In this document: positions 23,730-38,700 of the stretch, piece by piece | Layout of the letters: every line of letters begins with the position of its first letter | Numbering within the stretch: position 1 is the first letter of the stretch | Source: Euprymna scolopes | Taxonomy: Eukaryota | DNA length: 64,000 bases | Assembly: GCA_053919585.1 (NCBI GenBank) | Contig: CM132793.1 | Reading direction: 5' to 3' (one strand) | The notes under the pieces: generated by a model | The model's input: only the letters and a program-made list of their open reading frames with translations | Database searches by the model: none | What the model was told of the DNA's origin: nothing | Position numbers and translations under genes: made by a program

Positions 23730-26700
23730 CTGATTATTGCTACTAAAACCACCTAAATGAAAGATGGCTCTAGAAAACTGATTATTGCTACTAAAACCAC
23801 CTAAATGAAAGATGGCTCTAGAAAACTGATTATTGCTACTAAAACCACCTAAATGAAAGATGCCTCTAGAAAACTGATTATTGCTACTAAAACCACCTAA
23901 ATGAAAGATGCCTCTAGAAAACTGATTATTGCTACTAAAACCACCTAAATGAAAGATGCCTCTAGAAAACTGATTATTGCTACTAAAACCACCTAAATGA
24001 AAGATGCCTCTAGAAAACTGATTATTGCTACTAAAACCACCTAAATGAAAGATGCCTCTAGAAAACTGATTATTGCTACTAAAACCACCTAAATGAAAGA
24101 TGCCTCTAGAAAACTGATTATTGCTACTAAAACCACCTAAATGAAAGATGGCTCTAGAAAACTGATTATTGCTACTAAAACCACCTAAATGAAAGATGCC
24201 TCTAGAAAACTGATTATTGCTACTAAAACCACCTAAATGAAAGATGGCTCTAGAAAACTGATTATTGCTACTAAAACCACCTAAATGAAAGATGCCTCTA
24301 GAAAACTGATTATTGCTACTAAAACCACCTAAATGAAAGATGGCTCTAGAAAACTGATTATTGCTACTAAAACCACCTAAATGAAAGATGCCTCTAGAAA
24401 ACTGATTATTGCTACTAAAACCACCTAAATGAAAGATGCCTCTAGAAAACTGATTATTGCTACTAAAACCACCTAAATGAAAGATGCCTCTAGAAAACTG
24501 ATTATTGCTACTAAAACCACCTAAATGAAAGATGCCTCTAGAAAACTGATTATTGCTACTAAAACCACCTAAATGAAAGATGCCTCTAGAAAACTGATTA
24601 TTGCTACTAAAACCACCTAAATGAAAGATGCCTCTAGAAAACTGATTATTGCTACTAAAACCACCTAAATGAAAGATGGCTCTAGAAAACTGATTATTGC
24701 TACTAAAACCACCTAAATGAAAGATGCCTCTAGAAAACTGATTATTGCTACTAAAACCACCTAAATGAAAGATGCCTCTAGAAAACTGATTATTGCTACT
24801 AAAACCACCTAAATGAAAGATGCCTCTAGAAAACTGATTATTGCTACTAAAACCACCTAAATGAAAGATGCCTCTAGAAAACTGATTATTGCTACTAAAA
24901 CCACCTAAATGAAAGATGCCTCTAGAAAACTGATTATTGCTACTAAAACCACCTAAATGAAAGATGCCTCTAGAAAACTGATTATTGCTACTAAAACCAC
25001 CTAAATGAAAGATGCCTCTAGAAAACTGATTATTGCTACTAAAACCACCTAAATGAAAGATGCCTCTAGAAAACTGATTATTGCTACTAAAACCACCTAA
25101 ATGAAAGATGCCTCTAGAAAACTGATTATTGCTACTAAAACCACCTAAATGAAAGATGCCTCTAGAAAACTGATTATTGCTACTAAAACCACCTAAATGA
25201 AAGATGCCTCTAGAAAACTGATTATTGCTACTAAAACCACCTAAATGAAAGATGCCTCTAGAAAACTGATTATTGCTACTAAAACCACCTAAATGAAAGA
25301 TGCCTCTAGAAAACTGATTATTGCTACTAAAACCACCTAAATGAAAGATGCCTCTAGAAAACTGATTATTGCTACTAAAACCACCTAAATGAAAGATGCC
25401 TCTAGAAAACTGATTATTGCTACTAAAACCACCTAAATGAAAGATGCCTCTAGAAAACTGATTATTGCTACTAAAACCACCTAAATGAAAGATGCCTCTA
25501 GAAAACTGATTATTGCTACTAAAACCACCTAAATGAAAGATGCCTCTAGAAAACTGATTATTGCTACTAAAACCACCTAAATGAAAGATGCCTCTAGAAA
25601 ACTGATTATTGCTACTAAAACCACCTAAATGAAAGATGCCTCTAGAAAACTGATTATTGCTACTAAAACCACCTAAATGAAAGATGGCTCTAGAAAACTG
25701 ATTATTGCTACTAAAACCACCTAAATGAAAGATGCCTCTAGAAAACTGATTATTGCTACTAAAACCACCTAAATGAAAGATGCCTCTAGAAAACTGATTA
25801 TTGCTACTAAAACCACCTAAATGAAAGATGGCTCTAGAAAACTGATTATTGCTACTAAAACCACCTAAATGAAAGATGCCTCTAGAAAACTGATTATTGC
25901 TACTAAAACCACCTAAATGAAAGATGCCTCTAGAAAACTGATTATTGCTACTAAAACCACCTAAATGAAAGATGCCTCTAGAAAACTGATTATTGCTACT
26001 AAAACCACCTAAATGAAAGATGCCTCTAGAAAACTGATTATTGCTACTAAAACCACCTAAATGAAAGATGCCTCTAGAAAACTGATTATTGCTACTAAAA
26101 CCACCTAAATGAAAGATGCCTCTAGAAAACTGATTATTGCTACTAAAACCACCTAAATGAAAGATGCCTCTAGAAAACTGATTATTGCTACTAAAACCAC
26201 CTAAATGAAAGATGCCTCTAGAAAACTGATTATTGCTACTAAAACCACCTAAATGAAAGATGCCTCTAGAAAACTGATTATTGCTACTAAAACCACCTAA
26301 ATGAAAGATGGCTCTAGAAAACTGATTATTGCTACTAAAACCACCTAAATGAAAGATGGCTCTAGAAAACTGATTATTGCTACTAAAACCACCTAAATGA
26401 AAGATGCCTCTAGAAAACTGATTATTGCTACTAAAACCACCTAAATGAAAGATGCCTCTAGAAAACTGATTATTGCTACTAAAACCACCTAAATGAAAGA
26501 TGCCTCTAGAAAACTGATTATTGCTACTAAAACCACCTAAATGAAAGATGCCTCTAGAAAACTGATTATTGCTACTAAAACCACCTAAATGAAAGATGCC
26601 TCTAGAAAACTGATTATTGCTACTAAAACCACCTAAATGAAAGATGCCTCTAGAAAACTGATTATTGCTACTAAAACCACCTAAATGAAAGATGCCTCTA

Positions 26701-29700
26701 GAAAACTGATTATTGCTACTAAAACCACCTAAATGAAAGATGCCTCTAGAAAACTGATTATTGCTACTAAAACCACCTAAATGAAAGATGGCTCTAGAAA
26801 ACTGATTATTGCTACTAAAACCACCTAAATGAAAGATGGCTCTAGAAAACTGATTATTGCTACTAAAACCACCTAAATGAAAGATGCCTCTAGAAAACTG
26901 ATTATTGCTACTAAAACCACCTAAATGAAAGATGCCTCTAGAAAACTGATTATTGCTACTAAAACCACCTAAATGAAAGATGCCTCTAGAAAACTGATTA
27001 TTGCTACTAAAACCACCTAAATGAAAGATGCCTCTAGAAAACTGATTATTGCTACTAAAACCACCTAAATGAAAGATGCCTCTAGAAAACTGATTATTGC
27101 TACTAAAACCACCTAAATGAAAGATGGCTCTAGAAAACTGATTATTGCTACTAAAACCACCTAAATGAAAGATGCCTCTAGAAAACTGATTATTGCTACT
27201 AAAACCACCTAAATGAAAGATGCCTCTAGAAAACTGATTATTGCTACTAAAACCACCTAAATGAAAGATGCCTCTAGAAAACTGATTATTGCTACTAAAA
27301 CCACCTAAATGAAAGATGCCTCTAGAAAACTGATTATTGCTACTAAAACCACCTAAATGAAAGATGCCTCTAGAAAACTGATTATTGCTACTAAAACCAC
27401 CTAAATGAAAGATGCCTCTAGAAAACTGATTATTGCTACTAAAACCACCTAAATGAAAGATGCCTCTAGAAAACTGATTATTGCTACTAAAACCACCTAA
27501 ATGAAAGATGCCTCTAGAAAACTGATTATTGCTACTAAAACCACCTAAATGAAAGATGGCTCTAGAAAACTGATTATTGCTACTAAAACCACCTAAATGA
27601 AAGATGCCTCTAGAAAACTGATTATTGCTACTAAAACCACCTAAATGAAAGATGCCTCTAGAAAACTGATTATTGCTACTAAAACCACCTAAATGAAAGA
27701 TGCCTCTAGAAAACTGATTATTGCTACTAAAACCACCTAAATGAAAGATGCCTCTAGAAAACTGATTATTGCTACTAAAACCACCTAAATGAAAGATGCC
27801 TCTAGAAAACTGATTATTTCTACTAAAACCACCTAAATGAAAGATGCCTCTAGAAAACTGATTATTGCTACTAAAACCACCTAAATGAAAGATGCCTCTA
27901 GAAAACTGATTATTGCTACTAAAACCACCTAAATGAAAGATGCCTCTAGAAAACTGATTATTGCTACTAAAACCACCTAAATGAAAGATGCCTCTAGAAA
28001 ACTGATTATTGCTACTAAAACCACCTAAATGAAAGATGCCTCTAGAAAACTGATTATTGCTACTAAAACCACCTAAATGAAAGATGCCTCTAGAAAACTG
28101 ATTATTGCTACTAAAACCACCTAAATGAAAGATGGCTCTAGAAAACTGATTATTGCTACTAAAACCACCTAAATGAAAGATGCCTCTAGAAAACTGATTA
28201 TTGCTACTAAAACCACCTAAATGAAAGATGGCTCTAGAAAACTGATTATTGCTACTAAAACCACCTAAATGAAAGATGCCTCTAGAAAACTGATTATTGC
28301 TACTAAAACCACCTAAATGAAAGATGCCTCTAGAAAACTGATTATTGCTACTAAAACCACCTAAATGAAAGATGCCTCTAGAAAACTGATTATTGCTACT
28401 AAAACCACCTAAATGAAAGATGCCTCTAGAAAACTGATTATTGCTACTAAAACCACCTAAATGAAAGATGCCTCTAGAAAACTGATTATTGCTACTAAAA
28501 CCACCTAAATGAAAGATGCCTCTAGAAAACTGATTATTGCTACTAAAACCACCTAAATGAAAGATGCCTCTAGAAAACTGATTATTGCTACTAAAACCAC
28601 CTAAATGAAAGATGCCTCTAGAAAACTGATTATTGCTACTAAAACCACCTAAATGAAAGATGCCTCTAGAAAACTGATTATTGCTACTAAAACCACCTAA
28701 ATGAAAGATGCCTCTAGAAAACTGATTATTGCTACTAAAACCACCTAAATGAAAGATGCCTCTAGAAAACTGATTATTGCTACTAAAACCACCTAAATGA
28801 AAGATGCCTCTAGAAAACTGATTATTGCTACTAAAACCACCTAAATGAAAGATGCCTCTAGAAAACTGATTATTGCTACTAAAACCACCTAAATGAAAGA
28901 TGCCTCTAGAAAACTGATTATTGCTACTAAAACCACCTAAATGAAAGATGCCTCTAGAAAACTGATTATTGCTACTAAAACCACCTAAATGAAAGATGCC
29001 TCTAGAAAACTGATTATTGCTACTAAAACCACCTAAATGAAAGATGCCTCTAGAAAACTGATTATTGCTACTAAAACCACCTAAATGAAAGATGCCTCTA
29101 GAAAACTGATTATTGCTACTAAAACCACCTAAATGAAAGATGCCTCTAGAAAACTGATTATTGCTACTAAAACCACCTAAATGAAAGATGCCTCTAGAAA
29201 ACTGATTATTGCTACTAAAACCACCTAAATGAAAGATGCCTCTAGAAAACTGATTATTGCTACTAAAACCACCTAAATGAAAGATGCCTCTAGAAAACTG
29301 ATTATTGCTACTAAAACCACCTAAATGAAAGATGCCTCTAGAAAACTGATTATTGCTACTAAAACCACCTAAATGAAAGATGCCTCTAGAAAACTGATTA
29401 TTGCTACTAAAACCACCTAAATGAAAGATGCCTCTAGAAAACTGATTATTGCTACTAAAACCACCTAAATGAAAGATGCCTCTAGAAAACTGATTATTGC
29501 TACTAAAACCACCTAAATGAAAGATGCCTCTAGAAAACTGATTATTGCTACTAAAACCACCTAAATGAAAGATGCCTCTAGAAAACTGATTATTGCTACT
29601 AAAACCACCTAAATGAAAGATGCCTCTAGAAAACTGATTATTGCTACTAAAACCACCTAAATGAAAGATGGCTCTAGAAAACTGATTATTGCTACTAAAA

Positions 29701-32700
29701 CCACCTAAATGAAAGATGGCTCTAGAAAACTGATTATTGCTACTAAAACCACCTAAATGAAAGATGCCTCTAGAAAACTGATTATTGCTACTAAAACCAC
29801 CTAAATGAAAGATGCCTCTAGAAAACTGATTATTGCTACTAAAACCACCTAAATGAAAGATGCCTCTAGAAAACTGATTATTGCTACTAAAACCACCTAA
29901 ATGAAAGATGCCTCTAGAAAACTGATTATTGCTACTAAAACCACCTAAATGAAAGATGCCTCTAGAAAACTGATTATTGCTACTAAAACCACCTAAATGA
30001 AAGATGCCTCTAGAAAACTGATTATTGCTACTAAAACCACCTAAATGAAAGATGCCTCTAGAAAACTGATTATTGCTACTAAAACCACCTAAATGAAAGA
30101 TGGCTCTAGAAAACTGATTATTGCTACTAAAACCACCTAAATGAAAGATGCCTCTAGAAAACTGATTATTGCTACTAAAACCACCTAAATGAAAGATGGC
30201 TCTAGAAAACTGATTATTGCTACTAAAACCACCTAAATGAAAGATGCCTCTAGAAAACTGATTATTGCTACTAAAACCACCTAAATGAAAGATGCCTCTA
30301 GAAAACTGATTATTGCTACTAAAACCACCTAAATGAAAGATGCCTCTAGAAAACTGATTATTGCTACTAAAACCACCTAAATGAAAGATGCCTCTAGAAA
30401 ACTGATTATTGCTACTAAAACCACCTAAATGAAAGATGCCTCTAGAAAACTGATTATTGCTACTAAAACCACCTAAATGAAAGATGCCTCTAGAAAACTG
30501 ATTATTGCTACTAAAACCACCTAAATGAAAGATGGCTCTAGAAAACTGATTATTGCTACTAAAACCACCTAAATGAAAGATGCCTCTAGAAAACTGATTA
30601 TTGCTACTAAAACCACCTAAATGAAAGATGCCTCTAGAAAACTGATTATTGCTACTAAAACCACCTAAATGAAAGATGCCTCTAGAAAACTGATTATTGC
30701 TACTAAAACCACCTAAATGAAAGATGCCTCTAGAAAACTGATTATTGCTACTAAAACCACCTAAATGAAAGATGCCTCTAGAAAACTGATTATTGCTACT
30801 AAAACCACCTAAATGAAAGATGCCTCTAGAAAACTGATTATTGCTACTAAAACCACCTAAATGAAAGATGCCTCTAGAAAACTGATTATTGCTACTAAAA
30901 CCACCTAAATGAAAGATGCCTCTAGAAAACTGATTATTGCTACTAAAACCACCTAAATGAAAGATGCCTCTAGAAAACTGATTATTGCTACTAAAACCAC
31001 CTAAATGAAAGATGCCTCTAGAAAACTGATTATTGCTTCTAAAACCACCTAAATGAAAGATGCCTCTAGAAAACTGATTATTGCTACTAAAACCACCTAA
31101 ATGAAAGATGCCTCTAGAAAACTGATTATTGCTACTAAAACCACCTAAATGAAAGATGCCTCTAGAAAACTGATTATTGCTACTAAAACCACCTAAATGA
31201 AAGATGCCTCTAGAAAACTGATTATTGCTACTAAAACCACCTAAATGAAAGATGCTCTAGAAAACTGATTATTGCTACTAAAACCACCTAAATGAAAGAT
31301 GCCTCTAGAAAACTGATTATTGCTACTAAAACCACCTAAATGAAAGATGGCTCTAGAAAACTGATTATTGCTACTAAAACCACCTAAATGAAAGATGCCT
31401 CTAGAAAACTGATTATTGCTACTAAAACCACCTAAATGAAAGATGCCTCTAGAAAACTGATTATTGCTACTAAAACCACCTAAATGAAAGATGGCCTCTA
31501 GAAAACTGATTATTGCTACTAAAACCACCTAAATGAAAGATGCCTCTAGAAAACTGATTATTGCTACTAAAACCACCTAAATGAAAGATGCCTCTAGAAA
31601 ACTGATTATTGCTACTAAAACCACCTAAATGAAAGATGCCTCTAGAAAACTGATTATTGCTACTAAAACCACCTAAATGAAAGATGCCTCTAGAAAACTG
31701 ATTATTGCTACTAAAACCACCTAAATGAAAGATGCCTCTAGAAAACTGATTATTGCTACTAAAACCACCTAAATGAAAGATGCCTCTAGAAAACTGATTA
31801 TTGCTACTAAAACCACCTAAATGAAAGATGCCTCTAGAAAACTGATTATTGCTACTAAAACCACCTAAATGAAAGATGCCTCTAGAAAACTGATTATTGC
31901 TACTAAAACCACCTAAATGAAAGATGCCTCTAGAAAACTGATTATTGCTACTAAAACCACCTAAATGAAAGATGCCTCTAGAAAACTGATTATTGCTACT
32001 AAAACCACCTAAATGAAAGATGCCTCTAGAAAACTGATTATTGCTACTAAAACCACCTAAATGAAAGATGCCTCTAGAAAACTGATTATTGCTACTAAAA
32101 CCACCTAAATGAAAGATGCCTCTAGAAAACTGATTATTGCTACTAAAACCACCTAAATGAAAGATGCCTCTAGAAAACTGATTATTGCTACTAAAACCAC
32201 CTAAATGAAAGATGCCTCTAGAAAACTGATTATTGCTACTAAAACCACCTAAATGAAAGATGGCTCTAGAAAACTGATTATTGCTACTAAAACCACCTAA
32301 ATGAAAGATGGCTCTAGAAAACTGATTATTGCTACTAAAACCACCTAAATGAAAGATGCCTCTAGAAAACTGATTATTGCTACTAAAACCACCTAAATGA
32401 AAGATGGCTCTAGAAAACTGATTATTGCTACTAAAACCACCTAAATGAAAGATGCCTCTAGAAAACTGATTATTGCTACTAAAACCACCTAAATGAAAGA
32501 TGCCTCTAGAAAACTGATTATTGCTACTAAAACCACCTAAATGAAAGATGCCTCTAGAAAACTTATTATTGCTACTAAAACCACCTAAATGAAAGATGCC
32601 TCTAGAAAACTGATTATTGCTACTAAAACCACCTAAATGAAAGATGCCTCTAGAAAACTGATTATTGCTACTAAAACCACCTAAATGAAAGATGCCTCTA

Positions 32701-35700
32701 GAAAACTGATTATTGCTACTAAAACCACCTAAATGAAAGATGCCTCTAGAAAACTGATTATTGCTACTAAAACCACCTAAATGAAAGATGCCTCTAGAAA
32801 ACTGATTATTGCTACTAAAACCACCTAAATGAAAGATGCCTCTAGAAAACTGATTATTGCTACTAAAACCACCTAAATGAAAGATGCCTCTAGAAAACTG
32901 ATTATTGCTACTAAAACCACCTAAATGAAAGATGCCTCTAGAAAACTGATTATTGCTACTAAAACCACCTAAATGAAAGATGCCTCTAGAAAACTGATTA
33001 TTGCTACTAAAACCACCTAAATGAAAGATGCCTCTAGAAAACTGATTATTGCTACTAAAACCACCTAAATGAAAGATGCCTCTAGAAAACTGATTATTGC
33101 TACTAAAACCACCTAAATGAAAGATGCCTCTAGAAAACTGATTATTGCTACTAAAACCACCTAAATGAAAGATGCCTCTAGAAAACTGATTATTGCTACT
33201 AAAACCACCTAAATGAAAGATGCCTCTAGAAAACTGATTATTGCTACTAAAACCACCTAAATGAAAGATGCCTCTAGAAAACTGATTATTGCTACTAAAA
33301 CCACCTAAATGAAAGATGCCTCTAGAAAACTGATTATTGCTACTAAAACCACCTAAATGAAAGATGCCTCTAGAAAACTGATTATTGCTACTAAAACCAC
33401 CTAAATGAAAGATGCCTCTAGAAAACTGATTATTGCTACTAAAACCACCTAAATGAAAGATGCCTCTAGAAAACTGATTATTGCTACTAAAACCACCTAA
33501 ATGAAAGATGCCTCTAGAAAACTGATTATTGCTACTAAAACCACCTAAATGAAAGATGCCTCTAGAAAACTGATTATTGCTACTAAAACCACCTAAATGA
33601 AAGATGCCTCTAGAAAACTGATTATTGCTACTAAAACCACCTAAATGAAAGATGCCTCTAGAAAACTGATTATTGCTACTAAAACCACCTAAATGAAAGA
33701 TGCCTCTAGAAAACTGATTATTGCTACTAAAACCACCTAAATGAAAGATGCCTCTAGAAAACTGATTATTGCTACTAAAACCACCTAAATGAAAGATGCC
33801 TCTAGAAAACTGATTATTGCTACTAAAACCACCTAAATGAAAGATGCCTCTAGAAAACTGATTATTGCTACTAAAACCACCTAAATGAAAGATGCCTCTA
33901 GAAAACTGATTATTGCTACTAAAACCACCTAAATGAAAGATGCCTCTAGAAAACTGATTATTGCTACTAAAACCACCTAAATGAAAGATGCCTCTAGAAA
34001 ACTGATTATTGCTACTAAAACCACCTAAATGAAAGATGCCTCTAGAAAACTGATTATTGCTACTAAAACCACCTAAATGAAAGATGCCTCTAGAAAACTG
34101 ATTATTGCTACTAAAACCACCTAAATGAAAGATGGCTCTAGAAAACTGATTATTGCTACTAAAACCACCTAAATGAAAGATGGCTCTAGAAAACTGATTA
34201 TTGCTACTAAAACCACCTAAATGAAAGATGCCTCTAGAAAACTGATTATTGCTACTAAAACCACCTAAATGAAAGATGGCTCTAGAAAACTGATTATTGC
34301 TACTAAAACCACCTAAATGAAAGATGCCTCTAGAAAACTGATTATTGCTACTAAAACCACCTAAATGAAAGATGCCTCTAGAAAACTGATTATTGCTACT
34401 AAAACCACCTAAATGAAAGATGCCTCTAGAAAACTGATTATTGCTACTAAAACCACCTAAATGAAAGATGCCTCTAGAAAACTGATTATTGCTACTAAAA
34501 CCACCTAAATGAAAGATGCCTCTAGAAAACTGATTATTGCTACTAAAACCACCTAAATGAAAGATGCCTCTAGAAAACTGATTATTGCTACTAAAACCAC
34601 CTAAATGAAAGATGCCTCTAGAAAACTGATTATTGCTACTAAAACCACCTAAATGAAAGATGCCTCTAGAAAACTGATTATTGCTACTAAAACCACCTAA
34701 ATGAAAGATGCCTCTAGAAAACTGATTATTGCTACTAAAACCACCTAAATGAAAGATGCCTCTAGAAAACTGATTATTGCTACTAAAACCACCTAAATGA
34801 AAGATGCCTCTAGAAAACTGATTATTGCTACTAAAACCACCTAAATGAAAGATGCCTCTAGAAAACTGATTATTGCTACTAAAACCACCTAAATGAAAGA
34901 TGCCTCTAGAAAACTGATTATTGCTACTAAAACCACCTAAATGAAAGATGCCTCTAGAAAACTGATTATTGCTACTAAAACCACCTAAATGAAAGATGCC
35001 TCTAGAAAACTGATTATTGCTACTAAAACCACCTAAATGAAAGATGCCTCTAGAAAACTGATTATTGCTACTAAAACCACCTAAATGAAAGATGCCTCTA
35101 GAAAACTGATTATTGCTACTAAAACCACCTAAATGAAAGATGCCTCTAGAAAACTGATTATTGCTACTAAAACCACCTAAATGAAAGATGCCTCTAGAAA
35201 ACTGATTATTGCTACTAAAACCACCTAAATGAAAGATGCCTCTAGAAAACTGATTATTGCTACTAAAACCACCTAAATGAAAGATGCCTCTAGAAAACTG
35301 ATTATTGCTACTAAAACCACCTAAATGAAAGATGCCTCTAGAAAACTGATTATTGCTACTAAAACCACCTAAATGAAAGATGGCTCTAGAAAACTGATTA
35401 TTGCTACTAAAACCACCTAAATGAAAGATGCCTCTAGAAAACTGATTATTGCTACTAAAACCACCTAAATGAAAGATGCCTCTAGAAAACTGATTATTGC
35501 TACTAAAACCACCTAAATGAAAGATGCCTCTAGAAAACTGATTATTGCTACTAAAACCACCTAAATGAAAGATGCCTCTAGAAAACTGATTATTGCTACT
35601 AAAACCACCTAAATGAAAGATGCCTCTAGAAAACTGATTATTGCTACTAAAACCACCTAAATGAAAGATGCCTCTAGAAAACTGATTATTGCTACTAAAA

Positions 35701-38700
35701 CCACCTAAATGAAAGATGCCTCTAGAAAACTGATTATTGCTACTAAAACCACCTAAATGAAAGATGCCTCTAGAAAACTGATTATTGCTACTAAAACCAC
35801 CTAAATGAAAGATGCCTCTAGAAAACTGATTATTGCTACTAAAACCACCTAAATGAAAGATGGCTCTAGAAAACTGATTATTGCTACTAAAACCACCTAA
35901 ATGAAAGATGCCTCTAGAAAACTGATTATTGCTACTAAAACCACCTAAATGAAAGATGCCTCTAGAAAACTGATTATTGCTACTAAAACCACCTAAATGA
36001 AAGATGCCTCTAGAAAACTGATTATTGCTACTAAAACCACCTAAATGAAAGATGCCTCTAGAAAACTGATTATTGCTACTAAAACCACCTAAATGAAAGA
36101 TGCCTCTAGAAAACTGATTATTGCTACTAAAACCACCTAAATGAAAGATGGCTCTAGAAAACTGATTATTGCTACTAAAACCACCTAAATGAAAGATGCC
36201 TCTAGAAAACTGATTATTGCTACTAAAACCACCTAAATGAAAGATGCCTCTAGAAAACTGATTATTGCTACTAAAACCACCTAAATGAAAGATGCCTCTA
36301 GAAAACTGATTATTGCTACTAAAACCACCTAAATGAAAGATGCCTCTAGAAAACTGATTATTGCTACTAAAACCACCTAAATGAAAGATGCCTCTAGAAA
36401 ACTGATTATTGCTACTAAAACCACCTAAATGAAAGATGCCTCTAGAAAACTGATTATTGCTACTAAAACCACCTAAATGAAAGATGGCTCTAGAAAACTG
36501 ATTATTGCTACTAAAACCACCTAAATGAAAGATGCCTCTAGAAAACTGATTATTGCTACTAAAACCACCTAAATGAAAGATGGCTCTAGAAAACTGATTA
36601 TTGCTACTAAAACCACCTAAATGAAAGATGCCTCTAGAAAACTGATTATTGCTACTAAAACCACCTAAATGAAAGATGCCTCTAGAAAACTGATTATTGC
36701 TACTAAAACCACCTAAATGAAAGATGCCTCTAGAAAACTGATTATTGCTACTAAAACCACCTAAATGAAAGATGCCTCTAGAAAACTGATTATTGCTACT
36801 AAAACCACCTAAATGAAAGATGGCTCTAGAAAACTGATTATTGCTACTAAAACCACCTAAATGAAAGATGCCTCTAGAAAACTGATTATTGCTACTAAAA
36901 CCACCTAAATGAAAGATGCCTCTAGAAAACTGATTATTGCTACTAAAACCACCTAAATGAAAGATGCCTCTAGAAAACTGATTATTGCTACTAAAACCAC
37001 CTAAATGAAAGATGCCTCTAGAAAACTGATTATTGCTACTAAAACCACCTAAATGAAAGATGGCTCTAGAAAACTGATTATTGCTACTAAAACCACCTAA
37101 ATGAAAGATGCCTCTAGAAAACTGATTATTGCTACTAAAACCACCTAAATGAAAGATGCCTCTAGAAAACTGATTATTGCTACTAAAACCACCTAAATGA
37201 AAGATGCCTCTAGAAAACTGATTATTGCTACTAAAACCACCTAAATGAAAGATGCCTCTAGAAAACTGATTATTGCTACTAAAACCACCTAAATGAAAGA
37301 TGCCTCTAGAAAACTGATTATTGCTACTAAAACCACCTAAATGAAAGATGCCTCTAGAAAACTGATTATTGCTACTAAAACCACCTAAATGAAAGATGCC
37401 TCTAGAAAACTGATTATTGCTACTAAAACCACCTAAATGAAAGATGCCTCTAGAAAACTGATTATTGCTACTAAAACCACCTAAATGAAAGATGCCTCTA
37501 GAAAACTGATTATTGCTACTAAAACCACCTAAATGAAAGATGCCTCTAGAAAACTGATTATTGCTACTAAAACCACCTAAATGAAAGATGCCTCTAGAAA
37601 ACTGATTATTGCTACTAAAACCACCTAAATGAAAGATGCCTCTAGAAAACTGATTATTGCTACTAAAACCACCTAAATGAAAGATGCCTCTAGAAAACTG
37701 ATTATTGCTACTAAAACCACCTAAATGAAAGATGCCTCTAGAAAACTGATTATTGCTACTAAAACCACCTAAATGAAAGATGCCTCTAGAAAACTGATTA
37801 TTGCTACTAAAACCACCTAAATGAAAGATGCCTCTAGAAAACTGATTATTGCTACTAAAACCACCTAAATGAAAGATGCCTCTAGAAAACTGATTATTGC
37901 TACTAAAACCACCTAAATGAAAGATGCCTCTAGAAAACTGATTATTGCTACTAAAACCACCTAAATGAAAGATGCCTCTAGAAAACTGATTATTGCTACT
38001 AAAACCACCTAAATGAAAGATGCCTCTAGAAAACTGATTATTGCTACTAAAACCACCTAAATGAAAGATGCCTCTAGAAAACTGATTATTGCTACTAAAA
38101 CCACCTAAATGAAAGATGCCTCTAGAAAACTGATTATTGCTACTAAAACCACCTAAATGAAAGATGCCTCTAGAAAACTGATTATTGCTACTAAAACCAC
38201 CTAAATGAAAGATGCCTCTAGAAAACTGATTATTGCTACTAAAACCACCTAAATGAAAGATGCCTCTAGAAAACTGATTATTGCTACTAAAACCACCTAA
38301 ATGAAAGATGCCTCTAGAAAACTGATTATTGCTACTAAAACCACCTAAATGAAAGATGCCTCTAGAAAACTGATTATTGCTACTAAAACCACCTAAATGA
38401 AAGATGCCTCTAGAAAACTGATTATTGCTACTAAAACCACCTAAATGAAAGATGGCTCTAGAAAACTGATTATTGCTACTAAAACCACCTAAATGAAAGA
38501 TGCCTCTAGAAAACTGATTATTGCTACTAAAACCACCTAAATGAAAGATGGCTCTAGAAAACTGATTATTGCTACTAAAACCACCTAAATGAAAGATGCC
38601 TCTAGAAAACTGATTATTGCTACTAAAACCACCTAAATGAAAGATGCCTCTAGAAAACTGATTATTGCTACTAAAACCACCTAAATGAAAGATGCCTCTA

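Noticed and set aside
31241-31528. 95-aa ORF in the ORF track
   Set aside because: Created only by the +1/-1 indel pair at the C/G variant site, which shifts a GTG into the satellite's open frame. The indels may be consensus errors.
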